Shown here: piece by piece, positions 36,231 through 46,818 of the stretch
How positions within the stretch are numbered: position 1 is the first letter of the stretch
Layout of the letters: each line of letters opens with the position of its first letter
Assembly (NCBI GenBank): GCA_044426045.1
Contig: JAWXUX010000001.1
Span: forward strand, 65,816-129,815
Source: Bacillota bacterium
Lineage (GTDB): Bacteria; Bacillota; Clostridia; Christensenellales; CAMQZB01
DNA: 64,000 bases
Direction: 5' to 3'
Program-made: the position numbers and the translations under genes
Notes under the pieces: generated by a model
Databases searched by the model: none
What the model was told of the DNA's origin: nothing
The model's input: only the letters and a program-made list of their open reading frames with translations

Positions 36231-36752
36231 ATGAAAGTTGAAATCATGGGAAGAAAGAACTACAGTATTAACTCTAATATCGAGGAAGTTGTCGAAAGCA
36301 AAATTGCTAAACTTGAAAAATATTTTGGCGACGACGCAAACTTGAAAGTAATCCTTAAAAAAGAAGGCGCAAAGTCGTGCATTGAAATTTCAATCAATGT
36401 GTCAGGTTGCGATATGCGTGCGCAAGCACTCGCTGAAAACATGTATGATGCAATCGATGAAGTTATTCCAAAGATTGAACGTCAAATAAGAAAGCACAAA
36501 ACTCGCCTTGAAAAACGCTTGAAACAAACTGCGTTTGAGGAAGTTTATGAAGAACCAGTTATTCCGTTTTCTACAAGCGTTGTAAAGGAAAAGGAATTCA
36601 ATCTAAAACCAATGTCACAAGACGAAGCGATTTATATGCTAGACATTCTCGACCACGATTTTTATGTTTATCTCTCGGAAGAAAACAACGCAATCCAAGT
36701 GGTTTATAGAAGATACGACGGCGATTATGGCATGATTAAACCAAAAATTTAA
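36231..36752 (+). CDS. hpf: Ribosome hibernation-promoting factor (long form)
   Basis: The N-terminal S30AE-type domain and the C-terminal dimerisation domain (KPMSQDEAIYMLDILDHDFYVY) match long HPF. Strong AAGGAGG RBS. Confidence 0.9.
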   Translation: MKVEIMGRKNYSINSNIEEVVESKIAKLEKYFGDDANLKVILKKEGAKSCIEISINVSGCDMRAQALAENMYDAIDEVIPKIERQIRKHKTRLEKRLKQTAFEEVYEEPVIPFSTSVVKEKEFNLKPMSQDEAIYMLDILDHDFYVYLSEENNAIQVVYRRYDGDYGMIKPKI

Positions 36753-36847
36753 CAGACGGCAAAAAATATAATTTTTCATAATACAAAAAGCATTGGGCAA
36801 GGGGAACCTTGCCCAGATTGCTATAAATTCAAAAGGAAGTGGCATCA

Positions 36848-37579
36848 ATGCAAAACTCTGAAAACACAAAAAACGCAAGACGATTTCTCGAAAGCTACAA
36901 CAAGCTTGATTCTGATATAAGGGGGATTTTTGGGCTTTATCACCGCTCAACTTTTTCCGATGCAATAAGAAAATCCGCCGAACTTTCGCCACTTGTCAGA
37001 AAATATGAAGATGACCTTTTGTCTTATGCCAAGCTCAGAAATGCAATCGTGCACGACAGCGAGGAAGATAAAATCATCGCCGAGCCACTTTTGGAAGTGA
37101 CGGTGCATTTTGAAAACATCGTGAAAGCTATCCTCACCCCAAAAATGGTTAAAGATTGCAATTTTGGCAAAAAAGTTATCATGCTTTCGGGAGAGGAGAG
37201 CGTTGGTAAATCATGCGAAACAATCAATGAAAGCGGATTTTCAAATCTGCCAGTTTTTGCGGGTGGCAAAATCATTGGAATGATGTCGAATAAGCGTATT
37301 GTTGAAATTGTTGCAATGTCAATAAAGAAAAACAAATCGGTTGATGAAATCTTGCAAAACGCTAAAGTATCGCAAAGCGTCTTCAAATCAGACAAAGGCA
37401 AATACTACGAAATAAAATCAAGCACTTCAAGAATAGACGAAATTCTGAAACTTTATGAAAAAAATCCAAACCTAACACTTGTTATAATAACGCCAAATGG
37501 CAGTGAAAACGAGAAACCGTGCCAAGTTGTTGGAAGAAACGACGTCACAACGCTTTCTGAAATGCTTGAATTGTATTAA
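36848..37579 (+). CDS. HEPN-like (Rx4H) N-terminal domain fused to a CBS pair
   Basis: KLRNAIVH (R64-H69; nt 37037-37054) sits in an alpha-helical ~100-aa N-domain. Two CBS-like units follow (NLPVFAGGKIIGMMSNKRIV; LTLVIITPNGSENEKPCQVVGRNDV). The ATG at 36848 has AAAGGAAG upstream. Confidence 0.55.
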   Translation: MQNSENTKNARRFLESYNKLDSDIRGIFGLYHRSTFSDAIRKSAELSPLVRKYEDDLLSYAKLRNAIVHDSEEDKIIAEPLLEVTVHFENIVKAILTPKMVKDCNFGKKVIMLSGEESVGKSCETINESGFSNLPVFAGGKIIGMMSNKRIVEIVAMSIKKNKSVDEILQNAKVSQSVFKSDKGKYYEIKSSTSRIDEILKLYEKNPNLTLVIITPNGSENEKPCQVVGRNDVTTLSEMLELY

Positions 37580-37676
37580 AGTTTTTTATAAAAATAGTAA
37601 TAATTATATAAAAATAGTAAAAATAAAACTAAATCATGCTTTTGTATGGTTTTTGTAAAAAATATCATAAAAAGGC

Positions 37677-37705
37677 TTGTCAAAATATGTAAAAACAGTT
37701 AAAAT
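37677..37705 (+). promoter_or_regulatory. Sigma-A promoter (TTGTCA-17-TAAAAT)
   Basis: -35 at 37677-37682, -10 at 37700-37705. Confidence 0.5.
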
Positions 37706-37733
37706 ATATTAAGCATCGTTGGAGGCTTATGAT

Positions 37734-39680
37734 TTGAAAGGCAAGAAACAAGAACGTTACGACAACGTTAAAAATGAAATAAACAAAAGAAAAAGCGGAA
37801 AAATGATTAAAAAAGATTGGATAATCATCTCCGTTATTTTGGCGTTGGTAACAATCATTTCCTTTATCAATTTTGCAACAACACAAACTCCTCAAACGGG
37901 AATAACAATCCCAGAAGAAGATAAATATGTTATCGTTGAAATCCCCGACGGCTCGCTTGTTGGCGAGGTTTATATGTATGCTTCAGTATCGGAAGCTGAA
38001 TATAATGAGATTTCAATTTATTCATCAAATTCACTAACGCTTGGATCATGGACGTCAAAAAACACCTATTCATTTGAAAATTCTGATATGTATTCATGGC
38101 AACTTATGTATGATTTTGATGGTAAAACAACACAAAAATATATAATTTTCATGCTGAAAACAGAAGGCATGGCGCTCAACGAAATTGTGCTTGCAAGCAG
38201 TCAAACTGGTGAAGCACTTGATGTGACAATTGTCGAATCAACAATTGTTAATGTTGAAAATCTCTTTGACGAAAGCAAGTATTTCACAGGAAGCACAACA
38301 AACGTAAACAGCATGTATTTCGACGAAATCTATTTTGCAAGAACGGCATATGAGATTTTAAACGATTTGGAAATATACGAAACATCCCATCCGCACCTTG
38401 GAAAACTTTTGATGTCGGTTGGTATTATCATCTTTGGCATGAATCCGTTTGGATACAGAATCATGGGACTTCTTTTCTCAATTCTCAGCGTGCTTGTGAT
38501 GTATCTTTTTGGAAAAAAAGTGTTCAAATCAACAATGCTAGCCAGTGCCATGGCGGGATTTTTTGCGTGCGACGGACTTCGGTTTGTGCAAGGGCGAATT
38601 GCAACGGTGGATAGCTTCCTTGTGATGTTTATTATCCTCGCATTCTTCTTTATGTACACGTTTTTTGAAAAGGGCATGGATGTCAACTCAATCAAACGCT
38701 CACTTGTGCCTTTCGGGCTTTCGGGTGTGTTCTTTGGGCTCGCGGCTTCGGTGAAATGGAACGGCTTATATGCAGGTCTTGGGCTTTGCATTTTGTTCGT
38801 TTTGATTTTGATAAGAACAATAAAAGAAAGAAACAAATTCTTCTCGCAAGAAAAGTCGGAAGAAGATAAAAAAGTGTATCAAAAACGCTTTATGAATGCA
38901 CTTATCATGATGTTTTTAACAGGCGTGGTGTTCTTTGTTTTGATACCACTTGGAATATATTTTGCAACATTTGCACTCGCGTATCAAGGCACCGACGCAC
39001 TTGTGCCCGCGTTTATTCAAACGCAAGCCGAAATGTTTGGCTACCACACATGGGTTTCTGCCGAGCACGTAGCCTCATCTCCTTGGTGGAGCTGGCCACT
39101 GAATGGCAAAAGTGTTTATATGTATCTTGGTGATTCCAATTTTGGCAGTGATATGTATTCACGAATTCACTCTATGACAACAACCGCAATCGCAGTTTAT
39201 GGCGTTCTTGCATGCGTTTATTTTGCAAGAAAAGCGGTGTATTATTTCAAAAAGAAAAAAGCGGGCACCTTAACTTACGGCGAAAAAATCTATTTTGACC
39301 ACATCAAAACTCCTGCAATTTTCTTCACTGTGGGACTTTGTTCAAACTGGCTTCCATGGGCGGTTATCTCAAGATCGACATTCATATATCACTTCTATCC
39401 TGCAATGCCGTTTTATATCGGACTTATCGTGACGTATCTGCACAGCAAGATGTTGCTTCAAACAAACATTCATTATTCAGGTGAAATGGTATTATTGAAT
39501 GGCAAAAAAGGTACAATCACCGTGGGACAAAATGCATTTCGTTATGCATGTATAATCATTTTGATAAACTTCATATTGTTCTATCCAGCCTTTTCTGGTA
39601 TGGCGATTGCGAAACTCCCTGCCGTGTTCGCATTTGGTTGGGCAAATGGCTTCTGGGGATTCGGACTTTTCCCATATTAA
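37734..39680 (+). CDS. PMT-family (GT39-like) phospholipid-carrier-dependent glycosyltransferase with extra extracytoplasmic domain
   Basis: YFDEIYFARTAYE (DE-loop) and SHPHLGKLL, a multi-TM body, and a C-terminal FIYHFYPAMPF motif. Start is uncertain: TTG 37734 is 8 nt after GGAGG, with alternatives TTG 37719 and ATG 37803. Confidence 0.75.
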   Translation: MKGKKQERYDNVKNEINKRKSGKMIKKDWIIISVILALVTIISFINFATTQTPQTGITIPEEDKYVIVEIPDGSLVGEVYMYASVSEAEYNEISIYSSNSLTLGSWTSKNTYSFENSDMYSWQLMYDFDGKTTQKYIIFMLKTEGMALNEIVLASSQTGEALDVTIVESTIVNVENLFDESKYFTGSTTNVNSMYFDEIYFARTAYEILNDLEIYETSHPHLGKLLMSVGIIIFGMNPFGYRIMGLLFSILSVLVMYLFGKKVFKSTMLASAMAGFFACDGLRFVQGRIATVDSFLVMFIILAFFFMYTFFEKGMDVNSIKRSLVPFGLSGVFFGLAASVKWNGLYAGLGLCILFVLILIRTIKERNKFFSQEKSEEDKKVYQKRFMNALIMMFLTGVVFFVLIPLGIYFATFALAYQGTDALVPAFIQTQAEMFGYHTWVSAEHVASSPWWSWPLNGKSVYMYLGDSNFGSDMYSRIHSMTTTAIAVYGVLACVYFARKAVYYFKKKKAGTLTYGEKIYFDHIKTPAIFFTVGLCSNWLPWAVISRSTFIYHFYPAMPFYIGLIVTYLHSKMLLQTNIHYSGEMVLLNGKKGTITVGQNAFRYACIIILINFILFYPAFSGMAIAKLPAVFAFGWANGFWGFGLFPY

Positions 39681-39724
39681 CAAAAAAATCACGCGAGAAC
39701 AAAACTTGCGAAATAAAAAACTCA

Positions 39725-39759
39725 GCTTGCAAGAAAATAACTTGCAAGCCTTTGTTTTA
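39725..39759 (+). terminator. Intrinsic terminator
   Basis: Perfect 9-bp stem GCTTGCAAG (39725-39733) / CTTGCAAGC (39741-49) followed by a T-rich run. Confidence 0.7.
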
Positions 39760-39848
39760 TGTGATATAATTGTGACATTATATAGTAATGCACAATATTT
39801 AGATAAATCTTAAAAAAAATCGCAAATTTCATGCAAAAGGGGGTTTTC

Positions 39849-41387
39849 ATGCTTTCAAGAATAAAAACGTTTGGTCTTTTTGGAATAGAAGGCTATGAAA
39901 TCACAGTTGAAGTTAACGTTGGACTTGGCATGCCAGCTTTCAATCTTGTTGGACTTCCCGATTCTTCCGTGAAAGAATCAAAAGAACGTGTGAAAACCGC
40001 GATTGAAAACAGTGGTTTCAGATCAAAATATCAAAAAGTCACCGTGAACCTTTCCCCCGCCGATAAGAAAAAGGAGGGCACATTTTTCGACCTTCCTATC
40101 GCAGTTGGCATTTTGAGTTCAACTGGATATGTCAAAGCGGACGCAGAAACAATCTTTGTTGGCGAACTCTCCCTTGATGGCAGTATCAACGGAGTGAGGG
40201 GAATTTTGCCAATCATCATTTCGGCAAAACAACACGGCTATAAAAAATTCATCATCCCCGACGACAATGTGAACGAAGCGAGCTATATCGAAGGCATAGA
40301 TGTTTATGCCGTGAAAACGCTTAAAGGTCTTGTCGCACATCTCAATGGCGATGCCGTCATTGAAAAAGCTGTGCAAAGGGAGTTTTTGCAAGTAGTTTCC
40401 GAAAACGAATTTTCCCATGATATGTCGCAAGTGAAGGGACAAGCCGTTGCAAAAAGAGCAATGGAAATCGCAGTCAGCGGTGGTCACAACCTTCTTTTTG
40501 TCGGCGCACCAGGCATGGGCAAAACTATGCTTGCCAAATGCCTTCCATCAATCATGCCAACCATGAGGGCAGATGAAGCCCTTGAAATCACAAAAATCCA
40601 TTCGATATCAGGCACGCTAGATTCAAAAGTGGGAATCGTGACAACGCGTCCTTTCAGAACCCCTCACCACACGGCAACAACGCCCGCCCTTTGCGGTGGC
40701 GGAACAAACGCCTTGCCGGGGGAAATCAGCCTTGCAACCCACGGAGTTCTTTTTCTTGACGAACTTCCCGAATATAACCGCCAAACAATCGAATCACTGC
40801 GTCAGCCACTAGAGGACAGAGTGATATCCGTTGCAAGGGCGAACCAAAAAGCGATGTATCCCGCGAATTTTATGCTTGTTGCAAGCATGAACCCATGCCC
40901 ATGTGGCAACTTTGGCTCAAGCAAGCCGTGCAGATGCACGCAAAGCCAAATCGCGAAATATCTCGCCAAACTCTCAGGTCCACTTCTTGACAGAATTGAT
41001 ATCCAAGTTGAAGTTGACTCAATCGAATATGACGAAATCTTAAAAAGCGAAACAAGCGAATCAAGCAGTGACGTGAAAGCCCGCGTTGAAAAAGCAAGGG
41101 AAATTCAGCTTGAAAGATACGCTGGCACAAAAGAAAAAACCAACTCGGAAATTTCCGATAAAGAAATGTCAAAATTTTGCAAACTTTCGGGTGATTGCGA
41201 AGCAATACTAAAAATGGCGTTTGAAAGTTTGAACCTTTCAATGCGTGGAAGAACAAGAATAATCCGCGTTGCAAGAACCATTGCAGACCTCGACGGCTCT
41301 ACCGAAATTCAAGCACACCACATCGCCGAAGCAATCCAATATCGCACGCTCGATCGCAAATATTTTGTGAAAGGAGTGGGAAATTGA
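39849..41387 (+). CDS. comM: Mg-chelatase-like AAA+ protein YifB/ComM
   Basis: Lon-like N-domain (FGLFGIEGYEITVEV), Walker A GAPGMGKTM, Walker B VLFLDELPE, C-terminal ChlI-like region. AAGGGGG RBS before the ATG at 39849. Confidence 0.9.
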   Translation: MLSRIKTFGLFGIEGYEITVEVNVGLGMPAFNLVGLPDSSVKESKERVKTAIENSGFRSKYQKVTVNLSPADKKKEGTFFDLPIAVGILSSTGYVKADAETIFVGELSLDGSINGVRGILPIIISAKQHGYKKFIIPDDNVNEASYIEGIDVYAVKTLKGLVAHLNGDAVIEKAVQREFLQVVSENEFSHDMSQVKGQAVAKRAMEIAVSGGHNLLFVGAPGMGKTMLAKCLPSIMPTMRADEALEITKIHSISGTLDSKVGIVTTRPFRTPHHTATTPALCGGGTNALPGEISLATHGVLFLDELPEYNRQTIESLRQPLEDRVISVARANQKAMYPANFMLVASMNPCPCGNFGSSKPCRCTQSQIAKYLAKLSGPLLDRIDIQVEVDSIEYDEILKSETSESSSDVKARVEKAREIQLERYAGTKEKTNSEISDKEMSKFCKLSGDCEAILKMAFESLNLSMRGRTRIIRVARTIADLDGSTEIQAHHIAEAIQYRTLDRKYFVKGVGN

Positions 41388-42472
41388 AATATTCAAAAGA
41401 CGAACTCGCGGTTCTAACGCTTGACATGGTAAGTGGCATAACCCTTGGGAAAAAGCACAAAATCTTGAAAATGTTTGGCTCGCCCGAGGAAATGTATGAC
41501 GGCTTTTCTGTTGACCAAATTGATTTTTTGAAAAGCGATATTGTGAGAAAATTGCAACTTGCATTCTCGCCACTCTCGCAAAAAATTCTGCTTGAGGAAC
41601 TTGAAAACTTGCCGTGCGACATAACAACAATCGCAAGCTTTGACTATCCCGAAAGTTTAAACCAAATTTATGAACCTCCGCTATGCTTATATTATCGCGG
41701 AAACGTGAAACTTCTTTCGGGTGAAATAATAACATTCACAGGCACTCGCCATTCAACGATATATGGCACCGACGTCACAAACAAATTCCTTTCAAAACTC
41801 ATTGAAAAGCAAGTTGTTATCGCATCGGGCGTGTCGGATGGAATTGATAGAAACGTGATGGATAAAATTTCAGAAGACCAAGGCACTCTTGTACTTGTGA
41901 CCGCCGGCGGGATTGATAAAATCGTGCCAAGCATAAATAAAGGTATCGCGGAAAAAGTATCGAAAAACGGCTTGATATTTTCCGAGCACCGTCCCGACAT
42001 CACTCCGCAAAAGTATCATTACGCAATGCGGAATCGAATTTTTGCGGGCATTTCAAACGCCGTTGTCATTGCCGAGGCGGAAAGTTCAAGCTCCAGTCTT
42101 GAAATCGCATCATCGGCTCTTGAATATGGCAAAGAGGTGTTTGCAATTCCAGGCAGTGTTCTTTCGGGCGCCTCAAAAGGCACAAACACAATGATTGCAA
42201 AAAGCTATGCCGAAGCACTTATCGACGAAAAGCAACTTTTCGATATTTTAAGACTTGAATATAATTTCAAAAGCCAAACGCGAACAATCGCAGTTGACGA
42301 GGCAGAGCAGTTAATTCTTGACACAATCGAAAAAGGCAAAACCCACATATCGGAAATCGCCGAGGCAACTAACACCCAAACAAACATCTTGCTTGTGAAG
42401 CTGTTGATGCTTGAAGGCAAAGGAATAATAAGAAATATCGGCTCAAACAGATATCAAAAATGCAATTTCTGA
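41384..42472 (+). CDS. dprA: DNA-processing protein DprA (Smf)
   Basis: Rossmann-like core (FTGTRHSTIYG...GVSDGIDR...TAGGIDKIVP..MRNRIFAGIS). TTG start overlaps the comM stop, with AAGGAG 7 nt upstream. Confidence 0.9.
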   Translation: MKYSKDELAVLTLDMVSGITLGKKHKILKMFGSPEEMYDGFSVDQIDFLKSDIVRKLQLAFSPLSQKILLEELENLPCDITTIASFDYPESLNQIYEPPLCLYYRGNVKLLSGEIITFTGTRHSTIYGTDVTNKFLSKLIEKQVVIASGVSDGIDRNVMDKISEDQGTLVLVTAGGIDKIVPSINKGIAEKVSKNGLIFSEHRPDITPQKYHYAMRNRIFAGISNAVVIAEAESSSSSLEIASSALEYGKEVFAIPGSVLSGASKGTNTMIAKSYAEALIDEKQLFDILRLEYNFKSQTRTIAVDEAEQLILDTIEKGKTHISEIAEATNTQTNILLVKLLMLEGKGIIRNIGSNRYQKCNF

Positions 42473-42547
42473 TTGCAAATCTGCCAAAGTCATAAAAAAA
42501 CAAACAAGACCCGCAAGGGCAAATAAAATATAGAATAGGTGAAAATT

Positions 42548-44869
42548 ATGAAACTAGTTATCGTGGAATCACCAACGAAAGCAAAAACAATTGAAAAATA
42601 TCTAGGCAAAAAGTATAAGGTTATCGCATCGCAAGGTCACATTCGTGATTTGCCAGAAAGCACACTTGGAATAGACGTCAAGGGTGATTTTTCGCCAAAA
42701 TATGTGATTAGCCAATCGAAAAAAGACATCGTGAAAACATTGAAGGCACAAACAGCAAAAGCTGAAGAAGTCCTTCTCGCGACCGATCCCGACCGTGAAG
42801 GTGAAGCGATCAGCTGGCATTTGGCGCAAGCCCTCAAATTGCCAACCGACATCAAAAACAGAATAGTTTTCAACGAAATAACTGAAAAAGCAGTGAAGCA
42901 AGCATTGACAGAGCCAAGGGAAATCGACCAAAACCTAGTTGATGCCCAACAAGCAAGACGTGCACTCGACAGGCTCGTTGGCTACAAACTCTCGCCACTT
43001 CTTTGCAAGAAAATTTCAGGCAAACTTTCAGCGGGCAGGGTGCAATCTGTTGCCCTCAAATTCGTTGTCGATCGTGAAAAAGAAATCAACGCTTTTAATA
43101 AAGAAGAATATCACGTTATAACAGCTATGCTAAAAGAAAAAGCTGATGCGAAAAAAGATTTCAAAGCGGTTCTTGCCAAAAAGGACGGCAAAAAAATCAC
43201 CGTGAAAACAACGGAAGAAGCAAACGAAATCAAAAAAGTAGTTGAAAAAGCAGATTTTATTTGCGGAAACATCAAGCGTGCACAATCGAAATCATATGCA
43301 CCACCACCGTTCACAACTTCATCAATGCAACAAGAAGCGTCAAACAAACTTGGCATGTCGTCAGATATAACAATGCGTGTTGCGCAACAGCTTTATGAAG
43401 GTATCAACGTTGAAGGTGAAGGTCATATCGCCCTCGTAACATATATCAGATCCGACTCTGTGAGAATCGCCGAGGATGCACTTTTCGAAGTGAGAAACGC
43501 AATCACGAAAATGTTTGGCGAAAGTTTCTTGCCGGAAAAACCAAACTATTTCAAAAACAAGAAAAACGCCCAAGACGCCCACGAAGCAATTCGTCCAGTT
43601 TCAGTTTCAAGAACGCCAAAATCACTTGAAGGCAAGCTCGACCGAAACCAAATGCGTCTTTATAGGCTCATATATGAAAGATTTATTTCAAGCCAAATGA
43701 CGCCCGCAGTTTATGACACGCTAACGGGTGAAATCAACGCGGAAAACTACGGTTTCAAATTCAGCGGAAAAATCTTGGTGTTTGAAGGGTATTTGAAAGC
43801 ACAAGGCAAACAAAAGGTTGAAGAAAAAGAAGATGAAGACGGCGAAAACGCATATCTTCCAAACCTAGAAAGCGGACAAAAAACATATCTTTCAACCCTA
43901 TCAAGCGAGCAAAAATTCACAAAACCGCCCGCAAGATACACCGATGCAACGCTAATTCGTCTGCTTGAAGATAAAGGTATCGGACGTCCAAGTACCTACG
44001 CATCAATTTTGACAGTGCTTTTGAAACGTCAATATACTTATAAAGAAAAAAAATACATCGTGCCAACAGAAGTCGCAGTTTTGGTGACAGAATTTTTGGA
44101 AAAACACTTTGTGGATATCATGGATCCAAAATTCACCGCAGAAGTTGAAGAAAAACTTGACGAAGTGGAACAAGACGGCAAAGATTGGAAAGAAATCGTC
44201 AAAGATTTTTATAACCCAATGATGGAAATCATTCAAGCGGTGCAAACCGAACGTATCGAAACGGGCGAAACTTGCCCAAAATGCGGAATGATGCTACTTG
44301 AAAAAACTTCAAAATACGGCAAATATATCCAATGCGAAAACAAAGAATGTGGATATAAAAAACAACCAAAAGAAAACATCTCCGACGTTATTTGCGAAAA
44401 ATGCGGTGCAAACCTTATCATAAGAACGGGCAGATACGGCAAATTCCTTGCGTGTCCAAACTATCCCGAATGCAAAAACATCAAATCACTTGACCACGAA
44501 GAAACAAAAACCGACGAAAAATGCGAAAAATGTGGCAGTGACATGATGGTGAAAAAAGGCAGATACGGCAACTTCCTCGCGTGCACAAACGAAGAATGCA
44601 AGGCGATAAAATCAATGGCTAAACCCGTTGCAAAATGCCCATTCTGCGGAAAAGATGTCACTCAAAGAAGAAGCAAAACGGGCAAAATTTTCTACGGTTG
44701 CTCTGGCTATCCAGATTGCAATTTCATCAGCTGGGACATCCCAACGGGGGATAAATGCCCAACTTGTGGAACTTTCACAGTGATAAAAGAAACAAAAGCG
44801 GGCAAATTCATTCGTTGCACAAACAAAGGTTGCGACTTTGAAAAAGAAATAACGCAAACAGAAGAATAA
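42548..44869 (+). CDS. topA: DNA topoisomerase I with four C-terminal C4 zinc ribbons
   Basis: Toprim MKLVIVESPTKAKTIEKYLG, DPDREGEAISWH, active-site region YIRSDS, and repeated CxxC..CxxC modules at the C-terminus. Confidence 0.95.
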   Translation: MKLVIVESPTKAKTIEKYLGKKYKVIASQGHIRDLPESTLGIDVKGDFSPKYVISQSKKDIVKTLKAQTAKAEEVLLATDPDREGEAISWHLAQALKLPTDIKNRIVFNEITEKAVKQALTEPREIDQNLVDAQQARRALDRLVGYKLSPLLCKKISGKLSAGRVQSVALKFVVDREKEINAFNKEEYHVITAMLKEKADAKKDFKAVLAKKDGKKITVKTTEEANEIKKVVEKADFICGNIKRAQSKSYAPPPFTTSSMQQEASNKLGMSSDITMRVAQQLYEGINVEGEGHIALVTYIRSDSVRIAEDALFEVRNAITKMFGESFLPEKPNYFKNKKNAQDAHEAIRPVSVSRTPKSLEGKLDRNQMRLYRLIYERFISSQMTPAVYDTLTGEINAENYGFKFSGKILVFEGYLKAQGKQKVEEKEDEDGENAYLPNLESGQKTYLSTLSSEQKFTKPPARYTDATLIRLLEDKGIGRPSTYASILTVLLKRQYTYKEKKYIVPTEVAVLVTEFLEKHFVDIMDPKFTAEVEEKLDEVEQDGKDWKEIVKDFYNPMMEIIQAVQTERIETGETCPKCGMMLLEKTSKYGKYIQCENKECGYKKQPKENISDVICEKCGANLIIRTGRYGKFLACPNYPECKNIKSLDHEETKTDEKCEKCGSDMMVKKGRYGNFLACTNEECKAIKSMAKPVAKCPFCGKDVTQRRSKTGKIFYGCSGYPDCNFISWDIPTGDKCPTCGTFTVIKETKAGKFIRCTNKGCDFEKEITQTEE

Positions 44870-44875
44870 TATTTC

Positions 44876-44908
44876 AATTAAAAATTAAAAATTAAAAATT
44901 AAAAATTA
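44876..44908 (+). repeat. Tandem heptamer (AATTAAA) x about 4.7
   Basis: aattaaaaattaaaaattaaaaattaaaaatta lies between topA and trmFO. Confidence 0.8.
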
Positions 44909-44942
44909 TAGGGGCTTTGCCCTTGCAATATAAAGGAAATAA

Positions 44943-46250
44943 ATGTCAATAATAAATATAATCGGCGGGGGGCTGGCGGGCTGTGAGGCTTGTTGGCAAC
45001 TTGCAAAACGTGGCTACAATGTGCGACTTTTCGAACAAAAGCCTGTGAAATTTTCCGAGGCACATTCCCTTGCTGGACTTTGCGAGCTTGTTTGTTCAAA
45101 CTCGCTGAAATCAAATGCAATAACGGGTGCTTGCGGACTTTTGAAAGAAGAAATGCGACGTCTTGACAGCTTGACAATCAAATGTGCCGACGAAACAAAA
45201 GTCGGTGCGGGCGGTGCACTTGCAGTTGACCGCGAGAAATATTCTCAGCTAGTAACAGATAAAATCAACGCTCTTGAAAATGTGGAAATAATCTATGGCG
45301 AGGTGACGGAAATCCCAGACGGAATAACAATCATCGCAACAGGCCCACTAACAAGTGGCACGCTTTATGAAAACATAATGAAACTCACGGGTGGCGATCT
45401 TCACTTTTTTGATGCCGCAAGCCCGATTGTCAAATTTGATTCAGTGGATATGAACTCCGCGTTCTTTCAAGACAGATATGACAAAGGTGATGGCGACGGT
45501 GACTATCTGAACCTTCCAATGGATAAAGAGGAATATCAAAATTTCTATCAAAATCTTATAAATGCCGAAAGGGCGGAACTTCACGAGTTCGAAAAAAAGG
45601 AAATTTTTGAAAGTTGCATGCCAATCGAAATCATGGCTTCCCGCGGTGAAGACACAATCCGTTTCGGGCCATTAAAACCCGTTGGACTTCGCGACAGAAA
45701 CGGCAATCGCCCATATGCAGTGGTGCAAATGCGAAAGGAAAATTCAAAAGGCGACCTTTATAATATGGTCGGTTTTCAAACAAATCTCAAGTTTGGCGAG
45801 CAAAAGCGAGTGTTTTCAATGATACCCGCACTCAAAAATGCCGAGTTCGTGAAATATGGCGTTATGCACAGAAACTCATATATCAACGCACCAAATTTGC
45901 TTGATAACGGCGTGAAATTCAAAAATGCCGAAAACTTATATTTCGCAGGTCAAATCACGGGAGTTGAAGGTTATGTTGAATCAGCAATGAGCGGACTTCT
46001 CGCGGGGCTAGCAATTCATCAAATGCTGTCTGGTAGTTCCCAAATCAGCTTTAACAATCAAACCATGATTGGGGCACTTGTTGGCTATATCTCAACGAAT
46101 AATCAAAATTTCCAACCAATGAACGCGAATTTTGGTATACTTGACATGATTGAGTACAAAATGATAAGAAACAAGAAAGAAAGATACGAGCAAGCGGCAA
46201 ATAGGTCACTTGCAATAATAGAAAAGATAAAAGTGGAATATAACCTATAA
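44943..46250 (+). CDS. trmFO: Methylenetetrahydrofolate-tRNA-(uracil54-C5)-methyltransferase
   Basis: N-terminal FAD fold [17 protein letters not shown], and the canonical position after topA. Confidence 0.95.
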   Translation: MSIINIIGGGLAGCEACWQLAKRGYNVRLFEQKPVKFSEAHSLAGLCELVCSNSLKSNAITGACGLLKEEMRRLDSLTIKCADETKVGAGGALAVDREKYSQLVTDKINALENVEIIYGEVTEIPDGITIIATGPLTSGTLYENIMKLTGGDLHFFDAASPIVKFDSVDMNSAFFQDRYDKGDGDGDYLNLPMDKEEYQNFYQNLINAERAELHEFEKKEIFESCMPIEIMASRGEDTIRFGPLKPVGLRDRNGNRPYAVVQMRKENSKGDLYNMVGFQTNLKFGEQKRVFSMIPALKNAEFVKYGVMHRNSYINAPNLLDNGVKFKNAENLYFAGQITGVEGYVESAMSGLLAGLAIHQMLSGSSQISFNNQTMIGALVGYISTNNQNFQPMNANFGILDMIEYKMIRNKKERYEQAANRSLAIIEKIKVEYNL

Positions 46251-46269
46251 AACTGAAAAAGGAGAAAAA

Positions 46270-46818
46270 ATGGCTATTGAACTTAAAGGAACGACAATTT
46301 GTGGTGTGAAACGTGACGGCGTGATTGCTATTGCGGGTGACGGACAAGTGACAATGGGTCAAAGCGTAGTTTTTAAAAACAACGCAATAAAAGTTCGCAG
46401 AATATATAACGGCGAAGTGATAACAGGGTTTGCGGGATCAGTTGCAGATGCGTTCTCGCTTTCTGAAAAATTTGAAGGCATGTTGAAAAAATATTCGGGA
46501 AACCTCATGCGTGCTGCTGTTGAAGTTGCAATGCTTTGGAGAAGCGATAAAGTCATGAGAAATCTTGAAGCAATGATGATTGTCGCAGATAAAAGCGAAA
46601 TGATGATTCTTTCAGGCAACGGCGAAGTTATCCAGCCCGACGAAATTTGTGCAATAGGCAGTGGCGGAAACTATGCCCTCGCAGCAGCGAAAGCACTTTA
46701 TAACGAAACAAACCTTTCAGCAAAGGAAATCGCAGGCAAAGCACTTGGCGTTGCAAGCGAAATTTGCGTTTTCACAAACGGCAATATAATAATTGAAACA
46801 GTGGGGGAAAAAGCATGA
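46270..46818 (+). CDS. hslV: ATP-dependent protease subunit HslV
   Basis: [22 protein letters not shown] has the N-terminal Thr nucleophile context. [14 protein letters not shown]. Confidence 0.95.
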   Translation: MAIELKGTTICGVKRDGVIAIAGDGQVTMGQSVVFKNNAIKVRRIYNGEVITGFAGSVADAFSLSEKFEGMLKKYSGNLMRAAVEVAMLWRSDKVMRNLEAMMIVADKSEMMILSGNGEVIQPDEICAIGSGGNYALAAAKALYNETNLSAKEIAGKALGVASEICVFTNGNIIIETVGEKA

